A DNA stretch of 64,000 bases from an uncultured Desulfarculus sp. (lineage in GTDB: Bacteria > Desulfobacterota > Desulfarculia > Desulfarculales > Desulfarculaceae), in assembly GCA_963665125.2 (NCBI GenBank), contig CAXXUK010000002.1, forward strand, positions 544,001 to 608,000, in the 5' to 3' direction. This document shows positions 9,238 to 17,821 of this stretch, one piece after another. Both the position numbers and the translations under genes were made by a program. The first letter of the stretch is position 1, and the number at the start of each line of letters is the position of its first letter. Below the pieces are notes generated by a model. That model saw nothing but the letters and a program-made list of their open reading frames with translations. It searched no databases and was not told where the DNA came from.

Positions 9238-10041
9238 ATGGCCCAACTTAGCACCAACATGGACGTCTTGAAGATATTGCCCAAGACCAATTGCCGCGAC
9301 TGCGGGCTGCCCACCTGCCTGACTTTCGCCGTTGCCGTGGTCCAGGGGCAGAAATCGCTGAACGCATGCCCCTATATCGCCCCGGAGATCCTGGCCCAGA
9401 ATTCGGTTGCCGCCGAGAAACGCTCCACCCTTGAAGAAGACTCGGAAAAGGCGCTCCAACGAATGCGCAAGGCCTTTTCCGGGCTCGACCTGGCCCAACG
9501 GGCCAAAGTAGTCGAAGGAGAATATGACGGGAAAAAAATAACCGTAAGTATGTTGGGTAAGCCGTTTCATGTGGCCAACGACGGCTCGTTGGCCTCAAAT
9601 TGCCACGTCAACATGTGGCTTACCGTGCCCCTGCTCAGCTATGTCATCGAATGTCAGGGCAGGGAGATAAAAAACCAGTGGGTGCCCATGCGCGATTTGC
9701 CCGACGGCGTGGATTGGGCCAAGCTGTTCAACCAGCGTTGCGAAAAGCCCTTTAAAACAGTGGTGGACAACTACACCGGCCTGTTCGAGTACATGATCGA
9801 CATCTTCGAGGCCGAGCCCGCGCCGGGCAGCTTTGATTCGGACATCGCCGTGGTCGTCCATCCCCTGCCCAAGTTGCCCATGCTCATCTGCTATTGGAAG
9901 CCCGACGACGGCATGGATTCCGACCTGAACCTGTTTTTCGATTCCACGGCCAGCTATAATCTGCCCATCAGCGCCATATACACCCTGGGAGTGGGCATGC
10001 TGACCATGTTTGAAAAGATCGCCCAAACCCACGGGGCTTGA
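9238..10041 (+). CDS. DUF3786 domain protein with N-terminal putative Fe-S domain
   Basis: GGAGG then ATG 9238. LPKTNCRDCGLPTCLTFA...ACP is the FeS domain typical of RnfB/AcsC N-termini. C-terminal PLPKLPMLICYW...LFFD is typical of DUF3786. Confidence 0.8.
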   Translation: MAQLSTNMDVLKILPKTNCRDCGLPTCLTFAVAVVQGQKSLNACPYIAPEILAQNSVAAEKRSTLEEDSEKALQRMRKAFSGLDLAQRAKVVEGEYDGKKITVSMLGKPFHVANDGSLASNCHVNMWLTVPLLSYVIECQGREIKNQWVPMRDLPDGVDWAKLFNQRCEKPFKTVVDNYTGLFEYMIDIFEAEPAPGSFDSDIAVVVHPLPKLPMLICYWKPDDGMDSDLNLFFDSTASYNLPISAIYTLGVGMLTMFEKIAQTHGA

Positions 10042-10051
10042 TTAATAATTC

Positions 10052-10585
10052 CTTGCACCTCGGCCCGTCCTTGGGCCAAGGTGCGGCGCCCCGGCCGGAG
10101 CAAGTCCGATCCGGGGCTTACGGCGCATGGCTTCGCGCTGCGCCGGGCTGGCCATTCATGGCCAGCAGTCCGTAAAGCTGGGTATTGCCATTACGGGGTG
10201 CCCGGTCGGGGCCACAGGCGTTTATTAAGGAACTGAGTATTACCCGCGATCTGGGAGCGCAAGCATTGCGCCCCGTGATTTGGGTGCCCAGGCCCTGGGC
10301 CTCCGGCGGCCAGAGGGGCCTCTTCGCTTTTGATAATGCCAAAGCTCGACGTTTGTTTTCTCTTGTTCCTCGGCCCGTCCTTGGCCCGAGGAACAGCGCT
10401 TCGGGCGGAGCAAGTCCGACCCGAAGCTCACGGCGCATGGCTTCGCGCTACGCCGGGTCGGCCATCCATGGCCGAAATCCTATAGACGCTACTCTAATGC
10501 TAGATTGAGACGCGCCCGGTCGGGGCCACGGGTGTTTATTGTGGCTCTGAGTGCTGCCCGCGATATGGGAGCCCAAGCATTGGGC
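10052..10585 (+). repeat. Composite intergenic repeat cluster (modules A-B-C-A-B), REP/BIME/MITE-like
   Basis: Module A at ~10052-10166 and ~10371-10475; module B at ~10199-10268 and ~10513-10585. The same modules recur at 27061-27479 (reverse) and 48760-49043. Confidence 0.85.
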
Positions 10586-11149
10586 TCAAGGCTCAAACAT
10601 CTTTACCTCATGCATTTCCTGGCCTTTGCAACCCTTCAAATAGCTTTTGAACATGTCCTCCGTAAAGACCTGCCCCCACAGGTCACGGCTCCGTTGGATA
10701 TCGGTTTCGATCAGGTCATTGACGGCCTTGTATGGATAGGGAAACTTGATATGGGCGCGGACCACGGGTCGGGCCCATATGCCTTCATCCAACTCGACCG
10801 GGCCGTTGACCTGGCCCTTTATCAGCCATTTGAGCTCACGGCCTGTCAATAACGCGCCTTGGAATGACTCCGGGATCTCCGCGAGCTCTATGGTGTCGTT
10901 CCACTCAAAGTGGATCGTAACGTTTTCGATATCCACCAGCGGCGTGAGATTGACCTGAACTTCGAACGGCCCCTTGCCATTGCTGTCTTTGATGACTTTT
11001 ACGTTGAAGTCAAAAAGGTTGTTGAACCTGGGCATGACCGGCGGGGTGGCCATGGCCCTTTGCCCGGTCAGTGACAGACACAAGGCCAACGCCACCAGAA
11101 ACGCTGCAAATGCCCTTCGGCCTGTGCTGTTTGTAAATATCTCAGTCAT
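10586..11149 (-). CDS. Hypothetical exported protein
   Basis: 187-aa ORF with a signal-peptide-like N-terminus (RRAFAAFLVALALCLSL...AMA); GAGG RBS; overlaps the upstream gene stop. Confidence 0.6.
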   Translation of the reverse strand: MTEIFTNSTGRRAFAAFLVALALCLSLTGQRAMATPPVMPRFNNLFDFNVKVIKDSNGKGPFEVQVNLTPLVDIENVTIHFEWNDTIELAEIPESFQGALLTGRELKWLIKGQVNGPVELDEGIWARPVVRAHIKFPYPYKAVNDLIETDIQRSRDLWGQVFTEDMFKSYLKGCKGQEMHEVKMFEP

Positions 11150-11627
11150 CCACTTCCTCTCCCATCAGCAACCCTTTGCCCGAGTTGCCTGAAATCCCGG
11201 TGCCGGTTGTATTGCCGCTGCCGCCCGTGCTGGCGCCCGGATTGTCCCACGAGTTCCAATATCCTTGGCCCGATGGTTTGTTCCCGTTTTGAGCCTTGCC
11301 AATTGCGGATTTGATTTGACTGTATTGCTTGGCCCAATAGTCGGCGGCATCCCGGCAGTGGTTGAGCTTGGGCACCAGGCGGTTGACTTCGTTGTTGTTG
11401 TCGATCCATAGTTTGCTGCCCCGCTTGTAGCGGTCCCGTTGATTCATGGACCACTCCACCTTGCGCAGGATCTGGCGGTGCCTGTCCACCCAGGTGGTGT
11501 ATTGAAGCTTGGCGTATTTTTTCTTGCTTTGTAGTTCGGCCAAAGTGTCGGAATGGGCAGGCCCGGCTTGCACCAGTACGATGCAGGTGAAAAGCGCCGC
11601 GCAAATGGCTCCGGTCAATCGTTTCAT
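11142..11627 (-). CDS. Hypothetical exported protein (coiled-coil, G/S/N/T-rich tail)
   Basis: AAAGGAG RBS before ATG 11627; MKRLTGAICAALF...AHS signal peptide; basic helical core. Confidence 0.65.
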   Translation of the reverse strand: MKRLTGAICAALFTCIVLVQAGPAHSDTLAELQSKKKYAKLQYTTWVDRHRQILRKVEWSMNQRDRYKRGSKLWIDNNNEVNRLVPKLNHCRDAADYWAKQYSQIKSAIGKAQNGNKPSGQGYWNSWDNPGASTGGSGNTTGTGISGNSGKGLLMGEEVDD

Positions 11628-11898
11628 GACTCTCTCCTTTTGAACCGGCCCGTTGGGAGTTGCGGGACCTGAGCAAATCAAGAGACAACGCGAGTATGAA
11701 ACCGGCTTAGAAGATTACCACGGTGTTGTCGGGGCGTTGAGGATGTTAAGTCATATAATATCCGCCGCCTCATGTTGATCAAAGTTGTTTAGCCCCGCCG
11801 CCGAAAGGTTATGTTGGCCGCCTCTTGTCTGCCTAGACGCACTGATTCGGGCCTTCTTAATGCGCTGCTTGCTTAAATCGCTCGTAATGTCTTTTCCG

Positions 11899-12558
11899 CT
11901 AGTCCTCCCAGGGCGGCATTTCCATAAGGTCGTTGATACGCCGGATCAGCGGGGTGCCGTCGCCGAATATATCCACAACGTTCACGCAGGCGAAATCCTG
12001 GTCGATTCTGAAGATCCGGTCCAGGGGAGCGCCCATCATCTGGGTCAGCAGGATGCGGTTGACTCCGGAATGGCTGACAATGCAAACTTCCTTGCCGCGG
12101 TGGTTGGAAACGATTTCCTGGAAGGCCGGGACCACCCTGGCGGTCATCTCGGCCAGTGATTCACCGTCGGTGATCTTGAAATTCTCCAGATCCTCGTAGC
12201 GCTGCTTCAACTCATTGGGATACTTGTCCATGATCTCTTTGAAGGTCATCCCTTCCCAGATGCCCAGGGCCAACTCCCGAAGTTCGGGCATGGGTGTGGG
12301 CCTCAGGCGGGGACGCTGGGCCCGGCCCACGGCCTCGGCGGTTTGCAGGGCGCGGCTGAGGTCCGAGCAATACAGGCCGGACAAGTTGGCCTCGGCCATG
12401 CGGTCGGCCACCAGTTTGACCTGGCGGTGTCCCTTAGGAGTAAGGGCCACGTCCATATCGCCATAGACCCTGCCGTCGGCGAAACCTCTTACCTCGGGGT
12501 GTCTCCAGAGATATACCCTCGTATGCTTGCGTTGCTGCTGCCTGCGTTGAACAACCAT
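11899..12558 (-). CDS. Histidine phosphatase family protein (CobC/alpha-ribazole phosphatase-like)
   Basis: YLWRHPE (RHG variant), SDLSRA, LRELALGIWEG, GES and VSHSGVNR motifs; AAAGGA RBS before ATG 12558. Confidence 0.85.
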   Translation of the reverse strand: MVVQRRQQQRKHTRVYLWRHPEVRGFADGRVYGDMDVALTPKGHRQVKLVADRMAEANLSGLYCSDLSRALQTAEAVGRAQRPRLRPTPMPELRELALGIWEGMTFKEIMDKYPNELKQRYEDLENFKITDGESLAEMTARVVPAFQEIVSNHRGKEVCIVSHSGVNRILLTQMMGAPLDRIFRIDQDFACVNVVDIFGDGTPLIRRINDLMEMPPWED

Positions 12559-12663
12559 GTCTGTCCTTTCAGGGCAAGTTGCCTCTTTGTGTGGCAACCC
12601 GGCTGTGCTATGCTTCCGGACTATCAAGTCGCGGCACATAATAAATGCCCCATGGAGTAGCTC

Positions 12664-13638
12664 ATGTCCAGGCCCATGCGTATTTTTATTTTGGCTCTTT
12701 GCGCTTTGCTGGCGTCGGCCACAGTTGTCTTGGCCTCGCCCAGGATTGATTTCAGCAAAACAGAGGTCGTTTTCGAGGATGTCGAGGAAGGTGACCAACT
12801 CACCGCAAAGTTCGACTTCAAGAACAAGGGCGACCTCAATTTGATCATCGACGAGGTAAGCCCCTCATGCGGTTGCACCGTGGCCAAGTTCACCGAAGTG
12901 ACCAAACCCGGCGAAAGCGGCAACGTGTCTCTTCACCTGGACACCGACGGCATTGTCGGCCATTTCCGCAAGACGGCCACCGTGGCCACCAACGACCCTG
13001 ACAATCCCTTTGTCACCCTGGTCATGCTGGGCGAGACCATGAGCGCGGTAAAGGTCGAGGGCGGCCGCCGCGTGGAACTCTACGGCTGCCTGGGCCAGGA
13101 CATCAACGCCCAGGTCAAGCTGACCAGCCCCAAGGGCGGGCCCGTGCTGGTCACCGGCGTGAAAAATCCGCTCAGCGACTATTGCACGGTTCAGCTTGAG
13201 CGCCTGGACGGCGGCGAGGCCTATTACCTGCACATCAAGGCCAAGACCGACCGCCCGGCGCGCTACGCGGGCCAGATCTTCCTTCAGGTGCCCGGTTCGC
13301 CCGATGTGAGCCTGTGGCTGGTGGCCGATATCAAGGGCGCGGTGAGCATAAGGCCCGAGATAGTATTCTTCGGCTCGGTGACCAAGGACAAGCTCAAGGG
13401 CGTGGCCCGCTCGGTGGAGGTGGCCAAGGCCTGCGCCGAGACCCTGGTCGATCCGGAGCTGACCTATGACGAGGAAAAATTCAAGATCCAGCGGCACTGG
13501 GAGAAAAAGAACGAGGTGATGCTGTTGGTGATCACCCCCCGGCCGGAAAATCTTGAGAAAGGTCCGTTCCGCAGCGAACTGAAGATCAACACCGGCAAAT
13601 TCGTCTTCACCGTGCCCATGCGGGGTACGATCTACTAG
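12664..13638 (+). CDS. DUF1573 domain exported protein
   Basis: Signal peptide; F-x-N-x-G...L.I..V.PSCGCT and PGESG Ig-like DUF1573 signature. Confidence 0.8.
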   Translation: MSRPMRIFILALCALLASATVVLASPRIDFSKTEVVFEDVEEGDQLTAKFDFKNKGDLNLIIDEVSPSCGCTVAKFTEVTKPGESGNVSLHLDTDGIVGHFRKTATVATNDPDNPFVTLVMLGETMSAVKVEGGRRVELYGCLGQDINAQVKLTSPKGGPVLVTGVKNPLSDYCTVQLERLDGGEAYYLHIKAKTDRPARYAGQIFLQVPGSPDVSLWLVADIKGAVSIRPEIVFFGSVTKDKLKGVARSVEVAKACAETLVDPELTYDEEKFKIQRHWEKKNEVMLLVITPRPENLEKGPFRSELKINTGKFVFTVPMRGTIY

Positions 13639-13644
13639 GGGCGT

Positions 13645-13956
13645 TTGTTGGGCGGCGTCATGCTGATCTGGGCCGCCCGGCTGGTTGGTTTGGCCCTGGC
13701 CGCGTTTCTGGGCCTGATGGCTCTGGATGCGCCGTTTGGCCCGGGCCTGTTGATCCACCTGCTCCCCTGTTTCGTCGTGCTGCTTTTGGTTGTCATCGGT
13801 TGGCGCAGGCGCGTTCTGGGCGGTTGGCTGTTTCTGGCCGCCGGGGTGGCGGCCACGCTGTTTTTTCACACCCACCGACATCCGACCAGCTTCCTGATGA
13901 TCAGCGGCCCGTTTTTCCTCACCGGCCTGTTGCTGCTGCTGGGCCGCCGCAGATAG
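13645..13956 (+). CDS. Small integral membrane protein
   Basis: 103-aa ORF with about four hydrophobic segments, directly after the DUF1573 gene. Confidence 0.55.
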   Translation: MLGGVMLIWAARLVGLALAAFLGLMALDAPFGPGLLIHLLPCFVVLLLVVIGWRRRVLGGWLFLAAGVAATLFFHTHRHPTSFLMISGPFFLTGLLLLLGRRR

Positions 13957-13971
13957 AAACAATGGACCAAT

Positions 13972-14003
13972 AAAGAAAAGGCCGCTCCAAAACGGGGCGG
14001 CCT
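13972..14003 (-). terminator. Terminator hairpin between convergent genes
   Basis: AGGCCGCTCC-AAAAC-GGGGCGGCCT with an A-rich run on the left (T-tail on the minus strand). Confidence 0.6.
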
Positions 14004-14025
14004 CGATTAATTTGTGCTTGCCGGT

Positions 14026-15045
14026 TTAGCCGATGGATCTGAGTTCGATCTCCACCCGGCGATTGCGCTGGCGGTTGGCCTCGTCGCTGTTGGGGGCCAG
14101 GGGAGCCTGGTCGGCCATGCCCTGGATGTGCATGTGCCGGGCCGGAACGCCCTGGCTGGTCAGGGCCCTGGCCACGGCCGCGGCCCTGGCGGCGCTGAGT
14201 TCCCAGTTGCTGGCGAACTGCGGCGTGCTGATGGGCAGGTCGTCGGTGTGACCGGTGACGATGATGCGGCACTTGCCGTTACGCAGAATCACCGGAGCCA
14301 AACGGGCCAGGGTGTCGGCCATGGACGGCTTGATCCGGGCCTTGCCCAGGTCGAAGCTGATGTGTTCGGGCAGGCGGATGATCAGCCTGTCCGGCGTCTT
14401 GGCGATCTGCATGCCGCCGTAGTTCTCCTCGCCGGGCACGCCGCTGGAGGCCGCCGCCTTGACCTGGTCCAAAAGCTCCTCAAGGCTCAGTTCGTCGGGC
14501 ACGACGGCGCTGGGCGTACCCGTGGCCGAGGAAGACACCAGACTGAGCAGGGCCCGGTCCATGCGCGGGCCTTCCTCCTTGGGCTTGGGCTTTTCTTCGG
14601 CCCGCAGTCCCGGGTCGCCCTGTCCGCCGCCGGCCAGAGCCGCCACGGCTCGGGTATGGTCGTCAGGTCCGGAGGTGCGGCTGGTGAGCAGGTCGTCGCC
14701 CAGGGAGGGCAGGCTCATCGGGGCGGCCGCCTGGGCCTGGCTGATCATTGATTCGGTTTGGGCCGGCGCCTCGGTGGGCTGGCCCCGGTCGGTCAGCGAA
14801 AAAATAAGCACGAAGAAGACCAGAAGCAGGCTCATAAGGTCGGACAGGGACAGATAAAAGCTGGGGCTTTCCTCGGACACGGCGAACCGGGTCAAAGGCC
14901 TGCGGCGCTGACGCCGGACAACCGGTTCCTCGGAGCCGGAGCCGGAGCGGGCCCGGCCGCTGTTCCGGTCCAGAGCCGGTCTGCCGCCGCTTTCGGGCGG
15001 AGCGGCCAGGGGCATTAGATCCAGGGCGACGTTGCTAGCGCTCAT
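14026..15045 (-). CDS. motB: Flagellar stator MotB/PomB-like protein (OmpA-like PG-binding domain)
   Basis: TM segment SLSDLMSLLLVFFVLIFS with the conserved Asp; GHTDDLPI, NWELSAARA and NRRVEI motifs. Confidence 0.85.
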   Translation of the reverse strand: MSASNVALDLMPLAAPPESGGRPALDRNSGRARSGSGSEEPVVRRQRRRPLTRFAVSEESPSFYLSLSDLMSLLLVFFVLIFSLTDRGQPTEAPAQTESMISQAQAAAPMSLPSLGDDLLTSRTSGPDDHTRAVAALAGGGQGDPGLRAEEKPKPKEEGPRMDRALLSLVSSSATGTPSAVVPDELSLEELLDQVKAAASSGVPGEENYGGMQIAKTPDRLIIRLPEHISFDLGKARIKPSMADTLARLAPVILRNGKCRIIVTGHTDDLPISTPQFASNWELSAARAAAVARALTSQGVPARHMHIQGMADQAPLAPNSDEANRQRNRRVEIELRSIG

Positions 15046-15874
15046 TGGAGACTCTCTTCAGGCCCTGGGCCAGGTTGCGCACGCTCTGCCAGGCCCCGCG
15101 CAGATCAAGGGGCTTGAACACGGGCTGGAAGTCTTCGGCGTACTTGAAGGAACTGAGCCGGGAGGCCACGGCCGAGGCGTTGTCCTCGGTGGCCAGGGCC
15201 ACGGCGCCTTCGATGATCAGCGCCATTTCCACGGCTTCGGCCCGGTTGTGTTCGCGGATCTTGCGTTCGACGGGCAGCACAACCAGGTTGGCCAGCATCA
15301 GGCCGTAGAAGGTGGTCAGCAGGGCCACGCTCATGCCCGCGGCCACGGCGTCGGGATCGCTGATGGTGTGCAGCATGCGGATCAGGCCGATCATGGTGCC
15401 GGCCAGGCCGAAGGCCGGGGCCAGGCGGCCCATGAAGCCCAGCACGGCCCGCTGGGATTCGCGGCGGGCCAGGAAAAAGTCCATCTCCTGCTCCAGGCGC
15501 TGGGCGATGTCGGACGGCTTGCGTTCATCGGCCACCATGATTACGGCCATGCGCAGGAACTGGTGCGAGATCTTTTTGGCCACGTCTTCCATGTCACGCA
15601 CGCCCCGGAAGCGCCGGATGCGGCCCAGCTTGTAGAACAGCTCCACCAGGTCGTCGTTGGAGCGCACCTTGGCTGAATTGATGCCCTTGATCTGCTGCCA
15701 GGCTCCGTAAAGGGTGGCCCGGGGGAAGGCCAGGGCCGCGGCCAGCAGGGTGCCGCCGACCACCAGGAGCAGGCCCAAGGGATTGAAGAACATAAACAGA
15801 TTGCCGCCGCCGATGAGTGATGCGGCCAGAACCACGCAAACGCTGGCGATGAGGATGATGTTTTTGCGGCTCAT
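15035..15874 (-). CDS. motA: Flagellar stator MotA/PomA-like protein
   Basis: LLVVGGT, APAFGLAGTMIGLI and ALLTTFYG motifs; overlaps motB. Confidence 0.88.
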   Translation of the reverse strand: MSRKNIILIASVCVVLAASLIGGGNLFMFFNPLGLLLVVGGTLLAAALAFPRATLYGAWQQIKGINSAKVRSNDDLVELFYKLGRIRRFRGVRDMEDVAKKISHQFLRMAVIMVADERKPSDIAQRLEQEMDFFLARRESQRAVLGFMGRLAPAFGLAGTMIGLIRMLHTISDPDAVAAGMSVALLTTFYGLMLANLVVLPVERKIREHNRAEAVEMALIIEGAVALATEDNASAVASRLSSFKYAEDFQPVFKPLDLRGAWQSVRNLAQGLKRVSNER

Positions 15875-15916
15875 GTCTTCTCCGTGAGTTGAGGTTCGTG
15901 CTTGGGCTATTTGTTT

Positions 15917-15933
15917 ATCAAATAACGTGCCAA
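15917..15933 (-). promoter_or_regulatory. Putative sigma54 (-24/-12) promoter for motAB
   Basis: Minus strand reads TTGGCACGTTATTTGAT: consensus -24 element with a GA variant at -12, about 40 nt upstream of motA. Confidence 0.6.
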
Positions 15934-16054
15934 GTCTTTACGGAGTGGCATGATGAGATAACATACTTAAATTATAAATATAATTAATTGGACTGGTCCG
16001 GAAGTGGTCTTGGAAGGAACTGCCTGCCGGGCGGCATGTTTTGCCCAGGTCCGC

Positions 16055-17818
16055 TTAAAGCTCGTCGATCATGTCCTGGGTGCTGTCGCGTTCGGGCACG
16101 TGCTCCACCACGTCCAAGAGCACCTTGCGGGCCGTGGCCTTGTCGCCGAGGGCCACGTATAGCTGGGCCAGGTGTTCCAACAACTCCCAATCTTGCTGCT
16201 CAATGCCGAAGGCCCTGGCTCTGGCCAGGCTTTGGGCGGCGTTTTCCTTGTCTTCGGCCCGCAGATGCAGCTTGGCGATGTTGAAATGCAGCCGGGCCGA
16301 GCGGGGCTCTATCCACAAGCCCCGCCGGTATTGCTCCAGGGCCTCGTCGTGCCTGCCCAGGGCGGCCAGCTCCACACCCCGGCGGCTGTAGTGCTCCACC
16401 GTGGCGATGCGCTGGTCCTTTGCCGCTTCCCCGGCCCGCAGGGCCAGGTCACCTTGATTCGCCTGCTTAAAAGCGTCGGCCAACTCGGCGGCGTTTTCTT
16501 GGTCATCCGGGGCCAGGGCCAGGCTGACGGCCATGAGTTTGGCCGCTGAGGCCAGGTCGCCGCCGTCCAGATTGGCCGCGGCCGCCTTGGCCAAGATCTG
16601 GTTCAGGGCCATGGGCGGCTCTCCCGCGGCCCAGGCCGCCGGATCGCAAATTTCTTCCACCAGGCGGGCGGCCCGCCGCTGATTGCCCAGTTTGATGTGG
16701 GTGTCCATCAACAGCAGCAGGGCCTCAAGCTTGGTCTGGTCGTCGGTGCTGCGGCCGGCGGCCCGACGCAGCAGGGCCGTGGCGTCGGCCGGGCGCTTCT
16801 GGGCCAGACGACACTTGCCCAGGGCCAGACTCATGCGCCCCTGGTCTTCGGCCGGGGCCATGCCCACGGCCGCGCTGATGTTGGCCTCGGCCTCGTCCAA
16901 CCGGCCCAAGGCAAGCTGGCCCATGCCCAGCCGCGCCAACAGCCCCGACTCGGGAGCTTGGCCCGCCCGCGCCGCATGGGCCAACACATCCAAGGCCTCC
17001 CGGTTGAGGCCCTGGCGTTCCAGGGAATCGGCCAGGGCCTCGGCGGCGGCGGCGTATTGGGGCCTTGCCTCCATGGCCCAGCGGTACAGCTGGCGGGCCG
17101 TATCGGTCTCGTTGTTTTTTTCGGCCAGTTTGCCCAGGGCCACCAGGCCGGCCACGGCGCCGGGGTCTCGTTTGAGCAGGCGTTGATAGCACTGTTTGGC
17201 CTGGTCCACGCGGCCGTGCCGGGCCAAAAGCTCGCCAAGGGCGAAATAGGGCCAGTGGGAGCTTGGCCGGTTGCGCAGGGCCATGAGATATTCGTCCGCG
17301 GCCCGGTCCACCAGGCCCAGGGCCTCCAAACGGCGGGCCCTGGCCCTGGCCAGGCGGCGGCTCAGGACCAACTCCAGGCGGCGGGTGAGCTTGTCCGGGC
17401 TTATTGGTTTGGTCAGGTAGTCGTCATGGCCCAGGGCGGCGGCCTGGAGAACGTTGGTGTCGGTGTTTTCGGCGGTGACCATGATCACTACCATGTCCCG
17501 CGCTTCATCGTCGGCCCGGATATGCTCCAGTACGACCAAGCCATCGGTCACCGGCATGTTCCAGTCCAGGAGGGCCAGGCCGGGCCGGTACTTTTTGATC
17601 AGGTTCAGCGCCGCCGCGCCATCGGCGGCCTGGAGGACTTCGCCGAAACCCGTATCGCCCAGGGCTTGGCTTAGGAGCATGCGCATCATGGGCATGTCGT
17701 CGGCCACCAGGGCCTTGCAGCGGCGGAAGGCGACCTGGCGCAGGAGCCGGGCCTCGCGCCGGAGCCTTTCAGGGTCGGCGGCGGCCCCGCCGGTATGGTC
17801 CATGCCGGGGCCGATCAT
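16055..17818 (-). CDS. Response regulator receiver + TPR repeat protein
   Basis: LVADD, LLDWNMP, MVTA and YLTKP receiver motifs followed by many TPR-like helices. Confidence 0.85.
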   Translation of the reverse strand: MIGPGMDHTGGAAADPERLRREARLLRQVAFRRCKALVADDMPMMRMLLSQALGDTGFGEVLQAADGAAALNLIKKYRPGLALLDWNMPVTDGLVVLEHIRADDEARDMVVIMVTAENTDTNVLQAAALGHDDYLTKPISPDKLTRRLELVLSRRLARARARRLEALGLVDRAADEYLMALRNRPSSHWPYFALGELLARHGRVDQAKQCYQRLLKRDPGAVAGLVALGKLAEKNNETDTARQLYRWAMEARPQYAAAAEALADSLERQGLNREALDVLAHAARAGQAPESGLLARLGMGQLALGRLDEAEANISAAVGMAPAEDQGRMSLALGKCRLAQKRPADATALLRRAAGRSTDDQTKLEALLLLMDTHIKLGNQRRAARLVEEICDPAAWAAGEPPMALNQILAKAAAANLDGGDLASAAKLMAVSLALAPDDQENAAELADAFKQANQGDLALRAGEAAKDQRIATVEHYSRRGVELAALGRHDEALEQYRRGLWIEPRSARLHFNIAKLHLRAEDKENAAQSLARARAFGIEQQDWELLEHLAQLYVALGDKATARKVLLDVVEHVPERDSTQDMIDEL

Positions 17819-17821
17819 GGC

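Noticed and set aside
10052..10585. CRISPR array
   Set aside because: The units are 70-110 nt, diverged and dispersed, with no regular repeat-spacer period and no cas genes.
10118..10852. ORFs over the repeat clusters (also 27088-27509 and 48689-49124)
   Set aside because: They share peptide text only because they translate the non-coding repeat; there is no RBS or protein motif.
11649..11658. CCCGTTGGGA match to the tRNA-Glu 3' end as an att site
   Set aside because: Only 10 bp long and on the wrong side of the tRNA relative to the integrase; likely chance.
14026..15874. Zorya ZorAB anti-phage system
   Set aside because: MotA is normal length without the long ZorA tail, there are no zorC/D/E neighbours, and the motifs are flagellar-stator-like.
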